From positions 11,399-75,398 of the IMG/VR virus record IMGVR_UViG_3300032324_000938: a stretch of 64,000 nucleotides of DNA; one strand, 5' to 3'. The translations under genes and the position numbers were made by a program. This DNA is from a virus. Taxonomy: Duplodnaviria > Caudoviricetes. The notes beneath the pieces were generated by a model. It saw only the letters and a program-made list of their open reading frames with translations, had not been told where the DNA came from and searched no databases. This document shows, piece after piece, positions 33,278 to 43,418 of the stretch (its first letter is position 1; each line of letters starts with the position of its first letter).

Positions 33278-33660
33278 GGGCACATACTGGTTTCGATTTA
33301 AGATTCTAGTACAGTTAGGCATGTAGAGGATGATAGTTGGCCTCTTAAAATTTCTATCAAAACATTAACTGCTGAAGATAATGTAATTAGCTATGATTTC
33401 ACCTCCCGTGATGTAGTAGCACTAGCAGCCTAAAGGTTGCGCATTCAATATAATGATGTCTGATAATTATGTTGGGTGTAAAACATCAGACTGGATTGAT
33501 CATTTAATTTGCGTGATTAATTAAGATTTTAGTAAATTTTAAGGGAAATATTTTTAGATATTTTGTATTATTTCCATTAAAAATAATAAAATATATAAAC
33601 ATGTAGTCTGATTGTAGTAATATTTTAAAGACGCGAGTTCAACTCTCGCTGTGTCCACCA
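33278..33660 (+). ncRNA. ssrA: tmRNA; tag AEDNVISYDFTSRDVVALAA (33371-33433)
   Basis: 5' GGGCACA..GGTTTCGA; 3' GAGTTCAACTC..TGTGTCCACCA with G3:U70; tag ends ALAA-stop. Confidence 0.92.
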
Positions 33661-33680
33661 TTTTAGTTTAAAAGCATAAC

Positions 33681-33713
33681 AACCAATAATATTAATTTAT
33701 TATTGGTTTTTTT
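33681..33713 (+). terminator. Intrinsic terminator
   Basis: AACCAATAAT/ATTATTGGTT + T-run. Confidence 0.75.
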
Positions 33714-33734
33714 GTATATTTATATCTATAATAA

Positions 33735-34061
33735 ATGTCAATCTATTATCAAAATTGGGAGGAACTAAATGTAAATTGGGAAGATGAACAACGTTTGTGG
33801 GATGAAATATATATCATAGTTGAAGAACTTGTGGGTGTAGGCGGTGCTAGAGATCCACAAGAAGTTGAACGTGAGATAGCTAGAAACCTAGAAAAGTTGC
33901 CTGAACCCAAGAAAGAAAAACTAATTACAGTACTTATAAAGTTAGGAAATGAACATTACAAGGAAAAGAAGAAGAAACAAGAAAGTATAAAAGTCACTGT
34001 AAAAGACATCCAAACAATTATGACAGATTACTTAAAAATAGAAATTTCAAAGAAAGATTAA
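33735..34061 (+). CDS. Hypothetical late protein
   Basis: TATTTATA upstream. Confidence 0.7.
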   Translation: MSIYYQNWEELNVNWEDEQRLWDEIYIIVEELVGVGGARDPQEVEREIARNLEKLPEPKKEKLITVLIKLGNEHYKEKKKKQESIKVTVKDIQTIMTDYLKIEISKKD

Positions 34062-34062
34062 T

Positions 34063-34659
34063 ATGTATACCATTCAACTTGACCAAGCCAAAAACTTTGA
34101 ATGTAGTTTAAAAATTCAAGGTGCTAGTTTAAAAAAATCAAAGATCAACATGATCATTGAAGGTGATGACTTTGATATTAAGTTAAAAGGTACCATTGAT
34201 AGTGATGGTCAGGTAACAATTCCCGTTAAAAAGTTAAAGGGTATTCTCGATGAAAATGTCAAGGGTAACATGTTTTTGGAAGTAATTGCGGAAGATACAT
34301 ATTTTACACCGTATGAAACTGAGTATGTAACGGAGGTATCAAGAAAAGTGGAGGTGACTTCAATAAATGGTAAATCTAAAGAAACATTGACTGAATCAGA
34401 AGGTATCAAGGTAACTGATTCAAAGCCAAAGGTTACCATTAGTGATATCAAGAATGATGAAACATTGTTGATCAAGGAACATGCTCATAGAATAAATAAA
34501 AATATAATCAGAACCAATCTGAACATATTTAAAAAGGAAGACAAAACCAAGGTAATTAAAACAATACAAAATTACTTAACTGAAAACAAGGTTGAAAATA
34601 GTTTGTATGATAAAATAATGACTGAATTATATACATTACTTTCTGATGATTTGTCATAA
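34063..34659 (+). CDS. Conserved hypothetical protein
   Basis: 198 aa; LEVIAEDTYFTP motif. Confidence 0.7.
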   Translation: MYTIQLDQAKNFECSLKIQGASLKKSKINMIIEGDDFDIKLKGTIDSDGQVTIPVKKLKGILDENVKGNMFLEVIAEDTYFTPYETEYVTEVSRKVEVTSINGKSKETLTESEGIKVTDSKPKVTISDIKNDETLLIKEHAHRINKNIIRTNLNIFKKEDKTKVIKTIQNYLTENKVENSLYDKIMTELYTLLSDDLS

Positions 34660-34677
34660 TATAATTATAGATAATAT

Positions 34678-36048
34678 ATGTCGTTATATGACCTTACAGG
34701 AAACAAAGTATCGTTCACATATGGTCGATTAGTTCAAATAGCATCAGGAAGCTATTATGACGGTTTTGGCAATTCTCTTAATTTATCTGGTTCAGGAACA
34801 ACTTTAGTTACAGGCAGCACTTATCCAATTACAAGTAGTTGGGCAAATAATGTAGTAAGTGCTAGTTATAGTTTAACAAGTAGTTATAGTAATAATAGTA
34901 CATCTGCATCTTATTCATTAACCGCAAGTTATTGGAGTGGCAGTGTAATTAGTTCTAGTTACAGTGATACAAGCAGTTATAGTAATAATTCAACAAGTGC
35001 TAGTTATAGTTTAAATGCACTTAGTTCATCATATTCATTAACTGCTTCTTATTCAAATACCAGCAGTTATAGTAATACATCTACATCATCTTCATTTGCT
35101 TTATCTGCATCATTTGCGCCTACTAATACAAATATTACTGCGTCTTGGAGTAACAATAGTTTAACTGCGAGTTATTTAGTATCAACAAATAATTATATTG
35201 TTTCAAGTTTAACATCAAGCAATTTATTAGTAACAGGTACTTTATATGCTTCTAACTTTAGTTCAAGTACAATTTATATAACCTCAAGTGAGTTTATTGT
35301 TGCGGATAATATAATTACATTAAACGCTTTAAATCCACACAAAAGATATGCTGGATTAGAATTACATGATAGTGGAAGCAATAATTTCAGTTCACTTTTA
35401 TGGGACAGTCAAAACAATTATTTATTTGTAAGCAGTAGTGAAACCGTAGGCAATAGGCAAATTATACTTGGACCTGATAATCAAGTCAATTTAATATCAA
35501 ATTATATTCCTTTAATTAATGGCGGTAATACTATTACTTCTAGTATAATTTATCAAAACAATAGTAATATTGGTGTTGGTACAACTTCACCTTCAGCTAA
35601 GGTTGATGTGGTTGGTGATGTGCAAGCAAATGCTTTTTATGGTAAGTCTTTTAATTTAACCACAACAAGTGGTCAATCCGCTATATTTGATACATTTACA
35701 TCAACAGGAACTGGTGAAGTTTATGAAGTTACAATTAAGGGTAATCCTAATGCAGGTGAGTCAAGTAATTACCAAGATGTTATTTATGGAAAAATAATTG
35801 TTGGTACAGGAAAAACTGGTTCAGTTGCAACTACTTTTATCAATTATGTACAAGAAAGTCCAGATCCACGTTTATTATATTCTAGTGGTGGAAATGCATT
35901 AACTGCTTCAATTTATTTTAATTCTGCGTCAGTTGATGTGACGCAGAAAGGTGTTGGTCAAAGTACATCAATTAGAGTTGTGATTGGATCATATGCGGTT
36001 GGTTATGTAGGAAACAATACAACTGTGAGGTTAAAACAAATACTTTAA
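34678..36048 (+). CDS. Ser/Thr-rich tail-fibre-like structural protein
   Basis: SASYS/TASY repeats; NIGVGTTSP motif. Confidence 0.7.
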   Translation: MSLYDLTGNKVSFTYGRLVQIASGSYYDGFGNSLNLSGSGTTLVTGSTYPITSSWANNVVSASYSLTSSYSNNSTSASYSLTASYWSGSVISSSYSDTSSYSNNSTSASYSLNALSSSYSLTASYSNTSSYSNTSTSSSFALSASFAPTNTNITASWSNNSLTASYLVSTNNYIVSSLTSSNLLVTGTLYASNFSSSTIYITSSEFIVADNIITLNALNPHKRYAGLELHDSGSNNFSSLLWDSQNNYLFVSSSETVGNRQIILGPDNQVNLISNYIPLINGGNTITSSIIYQNNSNIGVGTTSPSAKVDVVGDVQANAFYGKSFNLTTTSGQSAIFDTFTSTGTGEVYEVTIKGNPNAGESSNYQDVIYGKIIVGTGKTGSVATTFINYVQESPDPRLLYSSGGNALTASIYFNSASVDVTQKGVGQSTSIRVVIGSYAVGYVGNNTTVRLKQIL

Positions 36049-36060
36049 TATTTATAAAAT

Positions 36061-39000
36061 ATGGCAACATTTAGTACAGTAATAGCAAATGGAGTTGGAA
36101 ATGAAGTGGATGTAGGAATTGGTGTAAATCAACCTACAAATCCATTACATGTATCCTCATCATCAAATCCTGTTAGGTTTGAGGGCGTTGGTCTTGCTAC
36201 TGACACAAAGTTTTTGACAGTGGATGACAATGGTGTTGTTCATTATAAATTGAGTGGTGCAGATGGAACTTCAGGTTCAAGCGGAACAAGTGGAAGCAGT
36301 GGTACTAGTGGTAGTTCTGGCACATCTGGTAGTAGTGGTTCTTCTGGTACATCAGGATCAAGCGGAACGTCCGGTTCATCAGGATCAAGCGGAACGTCCG
36401 GTTCATCAGGATCATCTGGTATAGATGGTAATGATTCTTCAAATAGCGGTAGATGGATTTATGCTGTCACTATTACTCCTGGAAGTGGAGTTTTTGGAAC
36501 GGATAATCCTGTAATGAGTTTAATTGAATATGTCTACATAAATACAGATGCGGCAAACGGAGCAGATTATTCTACATGGCTTTTCGGAGTAGACAGTATA
36601 CAGGACCTTGGTTACACTGTCTATTTACAAATCACACAAGTAGGTTCTAACAATATTATTGGTATCTGGAGAGTTATATCCATTACTTCAACAGGTAGTG
36701 TTTATGAGTTTCAAGTTGATACGCCACTTGTGGCGAATGGTACCATATCAGATGTTTGTACAATATCATGGGTATACAATGGTATAAGTGGTACATCTGG
36801 ATCAAGTGGTACCTCTGGGTCATCTGGAACATCTGGATCATCAGGTACAAGTGGTAGTTCCGGTACAAGCGGATCATCCGGTACTTCAGGTAGTTCAGGA
36901 TCTTCCGGCACATCAGGCTCATCTGGTAGTTCTGGTACTAGTGGAAGTAGCGGAACATCAGGCAGTTCAGGTACATCAGGATCAAGCGGTACTAGTGGAA
37001 GTAGCGGATCAAGTGGCACTTCTGGTTCATCTGGTACTAGTGTATCTGTGAGTGGTACTACTAATTATGTTGTTAAATTTTCATCAGCTTCTACGGTGGC
37101 TACAGGATCAATATTTGATAATGGTAACATTGGTATAGGTACAAGCAATCCCTTGGATAAACTTTCAGTAAGTGGAAGTATTGGATTATATGCGGCTGGT
37201 ACTACTAGAATATATAATGCAATAAATGCAACGGATACAATTAGTATAGAAGGCGCTGGAGGTATAACGTTTAAAACATATAGCGGCGGATTTAACAATG
37301 CTATGTTTATCAATACCTCTGGTAACGTAGGTATAGGTACAAGTAGTCCGGCTTATATATTGGATGTAAGAGGTGATATAAGAATAGGAAATGGATCATC
37401 CAGTGAACAAGATATTAGATTTATCAGTTTAAATGGTGATTGGCAAGTTGGAACAAATAATGCCGGAAATGGTACAAATAATAATCAATTTTATTTCTTT
37501 GACACAGGTTATAGATTAACTATACAAACTGGTACTGGTAATATTGGTATTGGTACAACTAGTCCTTCAACATTATTACATGTACAGGGTACCAATCCAT
37601 TTGTTAGAATTAATAATTCAAGTACTGGGGATCAAGGTATAAAGATTAGTTATAATAATTCAGACACACATGGTCTTCATCTAATATATAATGCGAACTC
37701 TGCGGTTTCATATATTGATAATACATACATCGTAACATCCGGTCAAGTGTATGGTGATATCTATTTTAGACAAAATGTTGCTGGAACAATGACTACTCGC
37801 ATGACTATCAAAGCAGATGGTGGTAATGTTGGCATTGGAACAACCAGTCCTGCTTACAAATTGGATGTAAGTGGTACTGGTAGAGTTGGAGATACATTTT
37901 TAATTACAACCGCTACAACCGCAGATGCAAGATTAGAAATTGGTAGTGGCAGAAGTGGTAATGGTAATTCTTATCTAGATTTGGTAGGAGACGCAACTTA
38001 TACTGATTATGGTTTAAGATTGATTCGTTATGATACAGGAGCTAATGCAAATAGTAGATTAGAACATAAAGGAACAGGTCAACTACAATTATTTGTATCA
38101 GAAGCAGGTTCTCTTACAATCTCAACAAATTCTTCTGAAAGAATGCGTATTGCCTCAGATGGTAATGTTGGTATAGGTAGTAGTAGTCCTGGTGCTAAGT
38201 TAGATATTGTTGGTGGTATAAATAGTAGTACCGCAAATAATTTTAATATTTCATCTGGACCATACAACGCAGTATTTTATAATTATTCAACATCTACATC
38301 TGATTATAATGCTATAAGAATTTATCAAGGTTCGGTTGGATCAGCCGTTGGTTATTTTGGTACAGGTGGTAGTGCTACTGGCAATGTTTCTTTTAGAAAT
38401 ACATTTGTTGTTGGTACTCAAAGTGGTAATGATTTTGTTTTAAACACAACTGATACGGAAAGAGTTCGTATTACAAGTGGTGGTAATGTAGGTATAGGCA
38501 CAATTAGTCCTGGTGGTAAATTAGAAGTTAGAACAAATGCAGCTTCAACTTACGTATTTAGTGGTACATCTACATCTGGATATACAACAACATTCACAAT
38601 GGATGATACTGCTAGTTATTTTGGTCATGATAGTGCAGTAAGATCTATAATATTTAGAACTGATTCAACCGCAAAATTAACAATTAAAGGTGATGGTAAT
38701 GTTGGTATAGGATTAACTAGTCCAAGTTATAATTTAAGCATTAGTGGTTCTGTTGGTCTTCAAGGTAATGAAGAATATTTATATTTTCATTCAAATTATT
38801 CAGTAGGTAATAATGCTCGTGGAAAAATTCGTGTTGTAGGAGCAGGAGGTGGTTCTGGTTATGGTGGAGATTTAAGATTTAGTACAAGAAAACCAACCAA
38901 TGTTTGGAATGAAGACGCTCTTACAATAGATAGTAGTGGTAATGTTGGTATAGGTACAACCAGTCCTGCAACTCAATTACACGTTTCAGGATCATTGCAA

Positions 39001-40104
39001 ATTGGTAACGGTTCAAATTTTGGAAATAAGTTTACACTATATGATGATTTTTCAAGTGGTAAACTTGCATATGTAATGAGAGATTTGAGTGGAGATGATA
39101 TATTTGGTTTATATTGTAATTCTACCACAGGTGAAGTTAGATTACTAGCTGATGATGATAACGGTACGGCTTTCATGACATTCCAAATGAATTCAAGTGA
39201 AAGAATGCGCATCACAAACGGTGGTAATGTAGGTATAGGTACAAGTAGTCCAAATAATAAATTACATGTTTATAATAGTGCAGGCAGTTCAACAACTGCA
39301 TCAAATGCAATTGCAGTATTTGAACAAAATAGTAATGCTGTTATACAAGTTTGTGTTCCGGATGCAAATGCTAGCGGATTATTTTTTAGCAGATCAGGAT
39401 CAGCTTATTATTCAGGAATTGAAAGAAGCGGAACTGATTTATTCTTAAAAAATAATAACACTACTGCGGTTACTATAAATTCAAGTGGAAATGTTGGTAT
39501 AGGCACAACAAGTCCAGTTGCTAAGTTAGATATACGTGGTGGCATTCAACTATTAAATTCATCTGGTAGTACTAGTTCAGCAACTAGTGGTTCTTTGATG
39601 ATCATTGGTCAAAATACCGTGGGTGGTTCTTCATATCATGACTTTTTATATACGAGACATACATTATCAACTGCTACAAATCCACAAAAGACATTTCGTT
39701 TAACTCAAGTAGGTGCACTTGAAATAATAAATGATGCTTATACTGTTGTAATACTTAGTTTAACTAATGCTGGTGTATTAAGTACTCCTGGTGGCGGTAC
39801 ATCTGATATTAGAACCAAACAAAATGTAGAATATATCTATGAAGATGCATCTACCACAATAAATAAACTAAAACCAGTTAAATTTGAATTTAAAGATTAT
39901 CCAAATGTAAAACGTCATGGATTTATAGCACAAGATGTATTGCCAATTAAACCAGAATTAGTATTGGGTGACGGTGATAAACCAGACGGTACTTATGGTT
40001 TGGATTATGATGGTATATTAGCATTAACAGTGAAAGCTTTACAAGAAGCTAATGCAAAAATTGAACAGTTAGAAAACAGATTATCACAATTAGAAAATAA
40101 ATAA
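36061..40104 (+). CDS. Long tail fibre with C-terminal intramolecular chaperone (peptidase S74)
   Basis: Many GNVGIGTTSP repeats; SDIRTK..KPVKF..GFIAQDV..Y C-terminus. Confidence 0.85.
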   Translation: MATFSTVIANGVGNEVDVGIGVNQPTNPLHVSSSSNPVRFEGVGLATDTKFLTVDDNGVVHYKLSGADGTSGSSGTSGSSGTSGSSGTSGSSGSSGTSGSSGTSGSSGSSGTSGSSGSSGIDGNDSSNSGRWIYAVTITPGSGVFGTDNPVMSLIEYVYINTDAANGADYSTWLFGVDSIQDLGYTVYLQITQVGSNNIIGIWRVISITSTGSVYEFQVDTPLVANGTISDVCTISWVYNGISGTSGSSGTSGSSGTSGSSGTSGSSGTSGSSGTSGSSGSSGTSGSSGSSGTSGSSGTSGSSGTSGSSGTSGSSGSSGTSGSSGTSVSVSGTTNYVVKFSSASTVATGSIFDNGNIGIGTSNPLDKLSVSGSIGLYAAGTTRIYNAINATDTISIEGAGGITFKTYSGGFNNAMFINTSGNVGIGTSSPAYILDVRGDIRIGNGSSSEQDIRFISLNGDWQVGTNNAGNGTNNNQFYFFDTGYRLTIQTGTGNIGIGTTSPSTLLHVQGTNPFVRINNSSTGDQGIKISYNNSDTHGLHLIYNANSAVSYIDNTYIVTSGQVYGDIYFRQNVAGTMTTRMTIKADGGNVGIGTTSPAYKLDVSGTGRVGDTFLITTATTADARLEIGSGRSGNGNSYLDLVGDATYTDYGLRLIRYDTGANANSRLEHKGTGQLQLFVSEAGSLTISTNSSERMRIASDGNVGIGSSSPGAKLDIVGGINSSTANNFNISSGPYNAVFYNYSTSTSDYNAIRIYQGSVGSAVGYFGTGGSATGNVSFRNTFVVGTQSGNDFVLNTTDTERVRITSGGNVGIGTISPGGKLEVRTNAASTYVFSGTSTSGYTTTFTMDDTASYFGHDSAVRSIIFRTDSTAKLTIKGDGNVGIGLTSPSYNLSISGSVGLQGNEEYLYFHSNYSVGNNARGKIRVVGAGGGSGYGGDLRFSTRKPTNVWNEDALTIDSSGNVGIGTTSPATQLHVSGSLQIGNGSNFGNKFTLYDDFSSGKLAYVMRDLSGDDIFGLYCNSTTGEVRLLADDDNGTAFMTFQMNSSERMRITNGGNVGIGTSSPNNKLHVYNSAGSSTTASNAIAVFEQNSNAVIQVCVPDANASGLFFSRSGSAYYSGIERSGTDLFLKNNNTTAVTINSSGNVGIGTTSPVAKLDIRGGIQLLNSSGSTSSATSGSLMIIGQNTVGGSSYHDFLYTRHTLSTATNPQKTFRLTQVGALEIINDAYTVVILSLTNAGVLSTPGGGTSDIRTKQNVEYIYEDASTTINKLKPVKFEFKDYPNVKRHGFIAQDVLPIKPELVLGDGDKPDGTYGLDYDGILALTVKALQEANAKIEQLENRLSQLENK
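36262..36420 (+). repeat. Gly-X-Y (GTSGSS) coding repeat block 1
   Basis: Gly every third residue; synonymously diverged. Confidence 0.85.
36787..37040 (+). repeat. Gly-X-Y (GTSGSS) coding repeat block 2
   Basis: Same motif, longer block. Confidence 0.85.
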
Positions 40105-40107
40105 TTT

Positions 40108-40824
40108 ATGTATTACGGACCCAGAACAGTAACAAATGGATTGGTATTTTGCGTAGACGCTGCTGATAGAAATAGTTATAGAGGTAGTGGCACTACTTGG
40201 ACAGATATAAGCGGTAATAATTATACAGGCACATTAACTAATGGTCCAACTTTTAACGGTGCAAACGGAGGAAGTATATTTTTTGATGCTACTGATGATT
40301 TTGTTAATGTTGGAAATATTGGTACAATAACTAGTTTTACAGTTTTGGTTTGGTGTTATCCAACAAGTGTTACTAGCTACAGAAATATTTTGGATTGTAA
40401 TTTTAATTATAATGCGACTACTGGCAATATTGGTCCGAGATTAGAAATGACTACCGCTGGAAATCTTTCATGGTTATATTCTAATATAACAAATAGTAAT
40501 GATTCTTATTATGTACAAGCAGCTATGAATTCGGGATTTGTAGCAAATAGTTGGTATTGTGTGGGTATAACTTATAATTCTACAGGCAATACATCGACTA
40601 CATATCTAAATGGATATGATACAACTAATGGTAGAATTTCTGTTGGAACTCCCACAGGTTTTGTGGGTACCATGAGCAATGTTATTTTAGGAAAAGGATT
40701 TTTTCTAGATGCGTCTAGATTATATGCTGGTAGAATGTCTAATACTTTAATTTACAATAGAGCATTAAGTGCAACTGAAGTGTTGCAGAACTATAATGCT
40801 ACTAAAACAAGATTTGGATTATAA
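40108..40824 (+). CDS. LamG/ConA-like lectin domain protein 1
   Basis: GLV...DAADRNSY.G.GTTW ... IYNRALS..EV.QNYNATKTRFGL. Confidence 0.8.
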   Translation: MYYGPRTVTNGLVFCVDAADRNSYRGSGTTWTDISGNNYTGTLTNGPTFNGANGGSIFFDATDDFVNVGNIGTITSFTVLVWCYPTSVTSYRNILDCNFNYNATTGNIGPRLEMTTAGNLSWLYSNITNSNDSYYVQAAMNSGFVANSWYCVGITYNSTGNTSTTYLNGYDTTNGRISVGTPTGFVGTMSNVILGKGFFLDASRLYAGRMSNTLIYNRALSATEVLQNYNATKTRFGL

Positions 40825-40833
40825 TTATATCAT

Positions 40834-41535
40834 ATGGCATTATCCAGAGGACCAAAAATAGTTACAAGTGGTTTGGTGTTAGCACTAGATGCGGCTGATA
40901 GAAATAGTTATAGTGGCACAGGCACTACATGGACAGATTTAAGTGGTAATGGTAATACAGGAACAATTACTAATAGTCCTACATTTAGTGGTGGTAGTAT
41001 AGTTTTTTCAAATGTAGCAAATCAATCCGTAACTATTTCTGATACAGTCATACTTCAACCCACATCGGTTACTTTATCTGCCTGGGTATATGTAACACAA
41101 TACAATCCACTAAATGATTTTGATGGACAATTTCCCACAATTTTATGGAAATGTAATGATGGAAACTCAGGCGGCGCGGCATCATATGGTTTATCTTTAT
41201 CAGCTGGTCAGTTTCCTAGATTCACAGTTACTCCAACTCAATTAATTAGTACAACAATATTTCCTATTGCTACATGGGTAAATTTGGTTGGAGTATATAC
41301 GGTCGGTGGATCTCAAATATTATATAGAAATGGTGTAGTTGATAATATTGCAAGTGGGCCTGCAACAATACCATATACCTCACAAGCAGTGTCTGTTGGT
41401 ACAAGAGTATTTAGTGGAACATATCAATATCCATGGAATGGTAGAATCTCTGGTGCTTTAATTTATAATAGAGCATTAACTGCAACTGAAGTGTTTCAAA
41501 ACTATAACGCAACAAAAACAAGATTTGGATTATAA
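40834..41535 (+). CDS. LamG/ConA-like lectin domain protein 2
   Basis: Paralogue of protein 1. Confidence 0.8.
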   Translation: MALSRGPKIVTSGLVLALDAADRNSYSGTGTTWTDLSGNGNTGTITNSPTFSGGSIVFSNVANQSVTISDTVILQPTSVTLSAWVYVTQYNPLNDFDGQFPTILWKCNDGNSGGAASYGLSLSAGQFPRFTVTPTQLISTTIFPIATWVNLVGVYTVGGSQILYRNGVVDNIASGPATIPYTSQAVSVGTRVFSGTYQYPWNGRISGALIYNRALTATEVFQNYNATKTRFGL

Positions 41536-41539
41536 TATT

Positions 41540-42247
41540 ATGGCAGCATCATCAGGACCAGATTTAATAACAAATGGATTACTATTAACATTAGATGCGG
41601 CTGATATAAATAGTTACATTGGTAGTGGTACTACTTGGAGAGATTTGAGTGGTAATAATTACAATGGAACTTTAACCAATGGTCCAACATTTAGTGGTTT
41701 GAATGGTGGAAATATAGTATTTAATGGAACAAATCAATATGTGGGTATAAATTATAATGTTAATTTAAATCCCGCGACAAATGTATCAGTATCTGTGTGG
41801 GCAAGATTAACTGTTAACGATGCAAATATAAGAAATCCAATTGAATTAAGTACATCTGCTGATGAATTATATTGGATATTTTTGAGAGCGGATTTATCTC
41901 CAAAAAGATGGGGTTGGGGAGTAAGACAAAGCAACAACACTTATGCTGAAACAATATCTAACGCAACAAATCCATCAATTAATACTTGGTATAATCTTAC
42001 TTTAGTTGCAAATTCTTCAACATTATTAGTTTCATTATATATAAATGGAATATTGGATGGTAGTGTTGCATATAATGGCACTCTCAAACAAAATGCAGCT
42101 GCAATACTTTCTATAGGATCAGATCCGGGTGCTAATAGAAGATACTGGCAAGGTAATATAGCAAATGCACAAATATATAATAGAGCATTAACCGCAACTG
42201 AAGTGTTGCAAAACTATAACATAACAAAAACAAGATTTGGATTATAA
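41540..42247 (+). CDS. LamG/ConA-like lectin domain protein 3
   Basis: Paralogue; start moved to MAASSG. Confidence 0.8.
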   Translation: MAASSGPDLITNGLLLTLDAADINSYIGSGTTWRDLSGNNYNGTLTNGPTFSGLNGGNIVFNGTNQYVGINYNVNLNPATNVSVSVWARLTVNDANIRNPIELSTSADELYWIFLRADLSPKRWGWGVRQSNNTYAETISNATNPSINTWYNLTLVANSSTLLVSLYINGILDGSVAYNGTLKQNAAAILSIGSDPGANRRYWQGNIANAQIYNRALTATEVLQNYNITKTRFGL

Positions 42248-42285
42248 TAAATATTTTCAAAAAGTTCTTACTATTTAATAATGAT

Positions 42286-42462
42286 ATGACAAAACAAGAA
42301 GCAGAAAAAAAGGTATATGAGTTGACAGACAAGTTATTGTTTGTAAAAAAAGATTTCAAAGATATTGCCGCTGGTTATAAAGAAAAAATCAAGGAAATTG
42401 AAAATGAAATCAAGGCGGTAATGGAAGAATCACTTGCAAACAGTGGACAAAAAACTCCTTAA
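42286..42462 (+). CDS. Small coiled-coil protein (not in the ORF track)
   Basis: 58 aa MTKQEAEKKVYELTDK... Confidence 0.65.
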   Translation: MTKQEAEKKVYELTDKLLFVKKDFKDIAAGYKEKIKEIENEIKAVMEESLANSGQKTP

Positions 42463-42473
42463 TATATAAACAT

Positions 42474-42662
42474 ATGGAACAAAATACAATTAATCTAGCT
42501 GATCTAAATATTCATGAATTAAAAGCTCTTGCTTTTGATGAATATGTAAAAATTAACATTTCAAACAACAATTTATCAGTTCTTAACCAAGAATTGGCAA
42601 AACGTCAACAAGCAGGTGTAGCTGACGCAGAACCTGTTTATTCAAAACCAGAAACACAATAG
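42474..42662 (+). CDS. Small coiled-coil protein, paralogue A
   Basis: ELKALAFDE...LNQE. Confidence 0.7.
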   Translation: MEQNTINLADLNIHELKALAFDEYVKINISNNNLSVLNQELAKRQQAGVADAEPVYSKPETQ

Positions 42663-42677
42663 TTATTATACAATCAT

Positions 42678-42854
42678 ATGGAAAAAAAATTATCTGATCT
42701 AACAGTAGTAGAGTTGAAAAGCCTTGCTTATGATGAATTGGCTAAACTAGAAACAGCTCAACAAAATCTTAGAATCTTGAATCAAGAAATCAATAAGAGA
42801 TTCCAAGAACAACAACAAACACAACAAGGTACATTCACATCACCAACCTTGTAA
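42678..42854 (+). CDS. Small coiled-coil protein, paralogue B (not in the ORF track)
   Basis: ELKSLAYDE...LNQE. Confidence 0.7.
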   Translation: MEKKLSDLTVVELKSLAYDELAKLETAQQNLRILNQEINKRFQEQQQTQQGTFTSPTL

Positions 42855-42880
42855 ACATTTAAGTTCAGTCCGCAAACAAT

Positions 42881-42914
42881 ATACCCTAAGATTTTAACTT
42901 CTTAGGGTATTTTT
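42881..42914 (+). terminator. Intrinsic terminator
   Basis: ATACCCTAAG/CTTAGGGTAT + T-run. Confidence 0.85.
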
Positions 42915-42932
42915 ATATATATTTATGATATT

Positions 42933-43418
42933 ATGACTATATTAATAAACTCTACATCAACAACTTTTGGTCCTCCAGGTCAATGGATATACGTTAACGG
43001 AGACGGATTTGTAATTGATGGTACTACTGTTTTATTGAATGATCAACCAGTAGAAAATTTAAAAGTATACCATGAAGGATTAATAGCATTTTCAATTCCA
43101 ACTAATATATCAGACGGATTTAAATCAATAAAAATTCAAACAAGTGAGGGTGAATATGCATCTGATGTATTTTTTGAAGTTGGTACACCAACACAACCAC
43201 CAACTGTTGGAAGTATTGCTGTAAATAATATGGATGAGTGGATATTTGTAACAGGTGAAAACTTTGTGTGGGATCAAACATCAGTTATTTTCAATGAAAA
43301 AACCGCAAATTGTTTTGTATATTCAACATTTTCTTGTGGGTTTGGTAAAAATGCAAATGAATTAGTTACATCATTAACCTTGACAACACCAAATGGTTCT
43401 GTTACATATAGTGTATAA
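42933..43418 (+). CDS. Tandem IPT/TIG-like (Ig-fold) protein
   Basis: GPPGQWIYVNGDGF / WIFVTGENF duplicated. Confidence 0.65.
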   Translation: MTILINSTSTTFGPPGQWIYVNGDGFVIDGTTVLLNDQPVENLKVYHEGLIAFSIPTNISDGFKSIKIQTSEGEYASDVFFEVGTPTQPPTVGSIAVNNMDEWIFVTGENFVWDQTSVIFNEKTANCFVYSTFSCGFGKNANELVTSLTLTTPNGSVTYSV

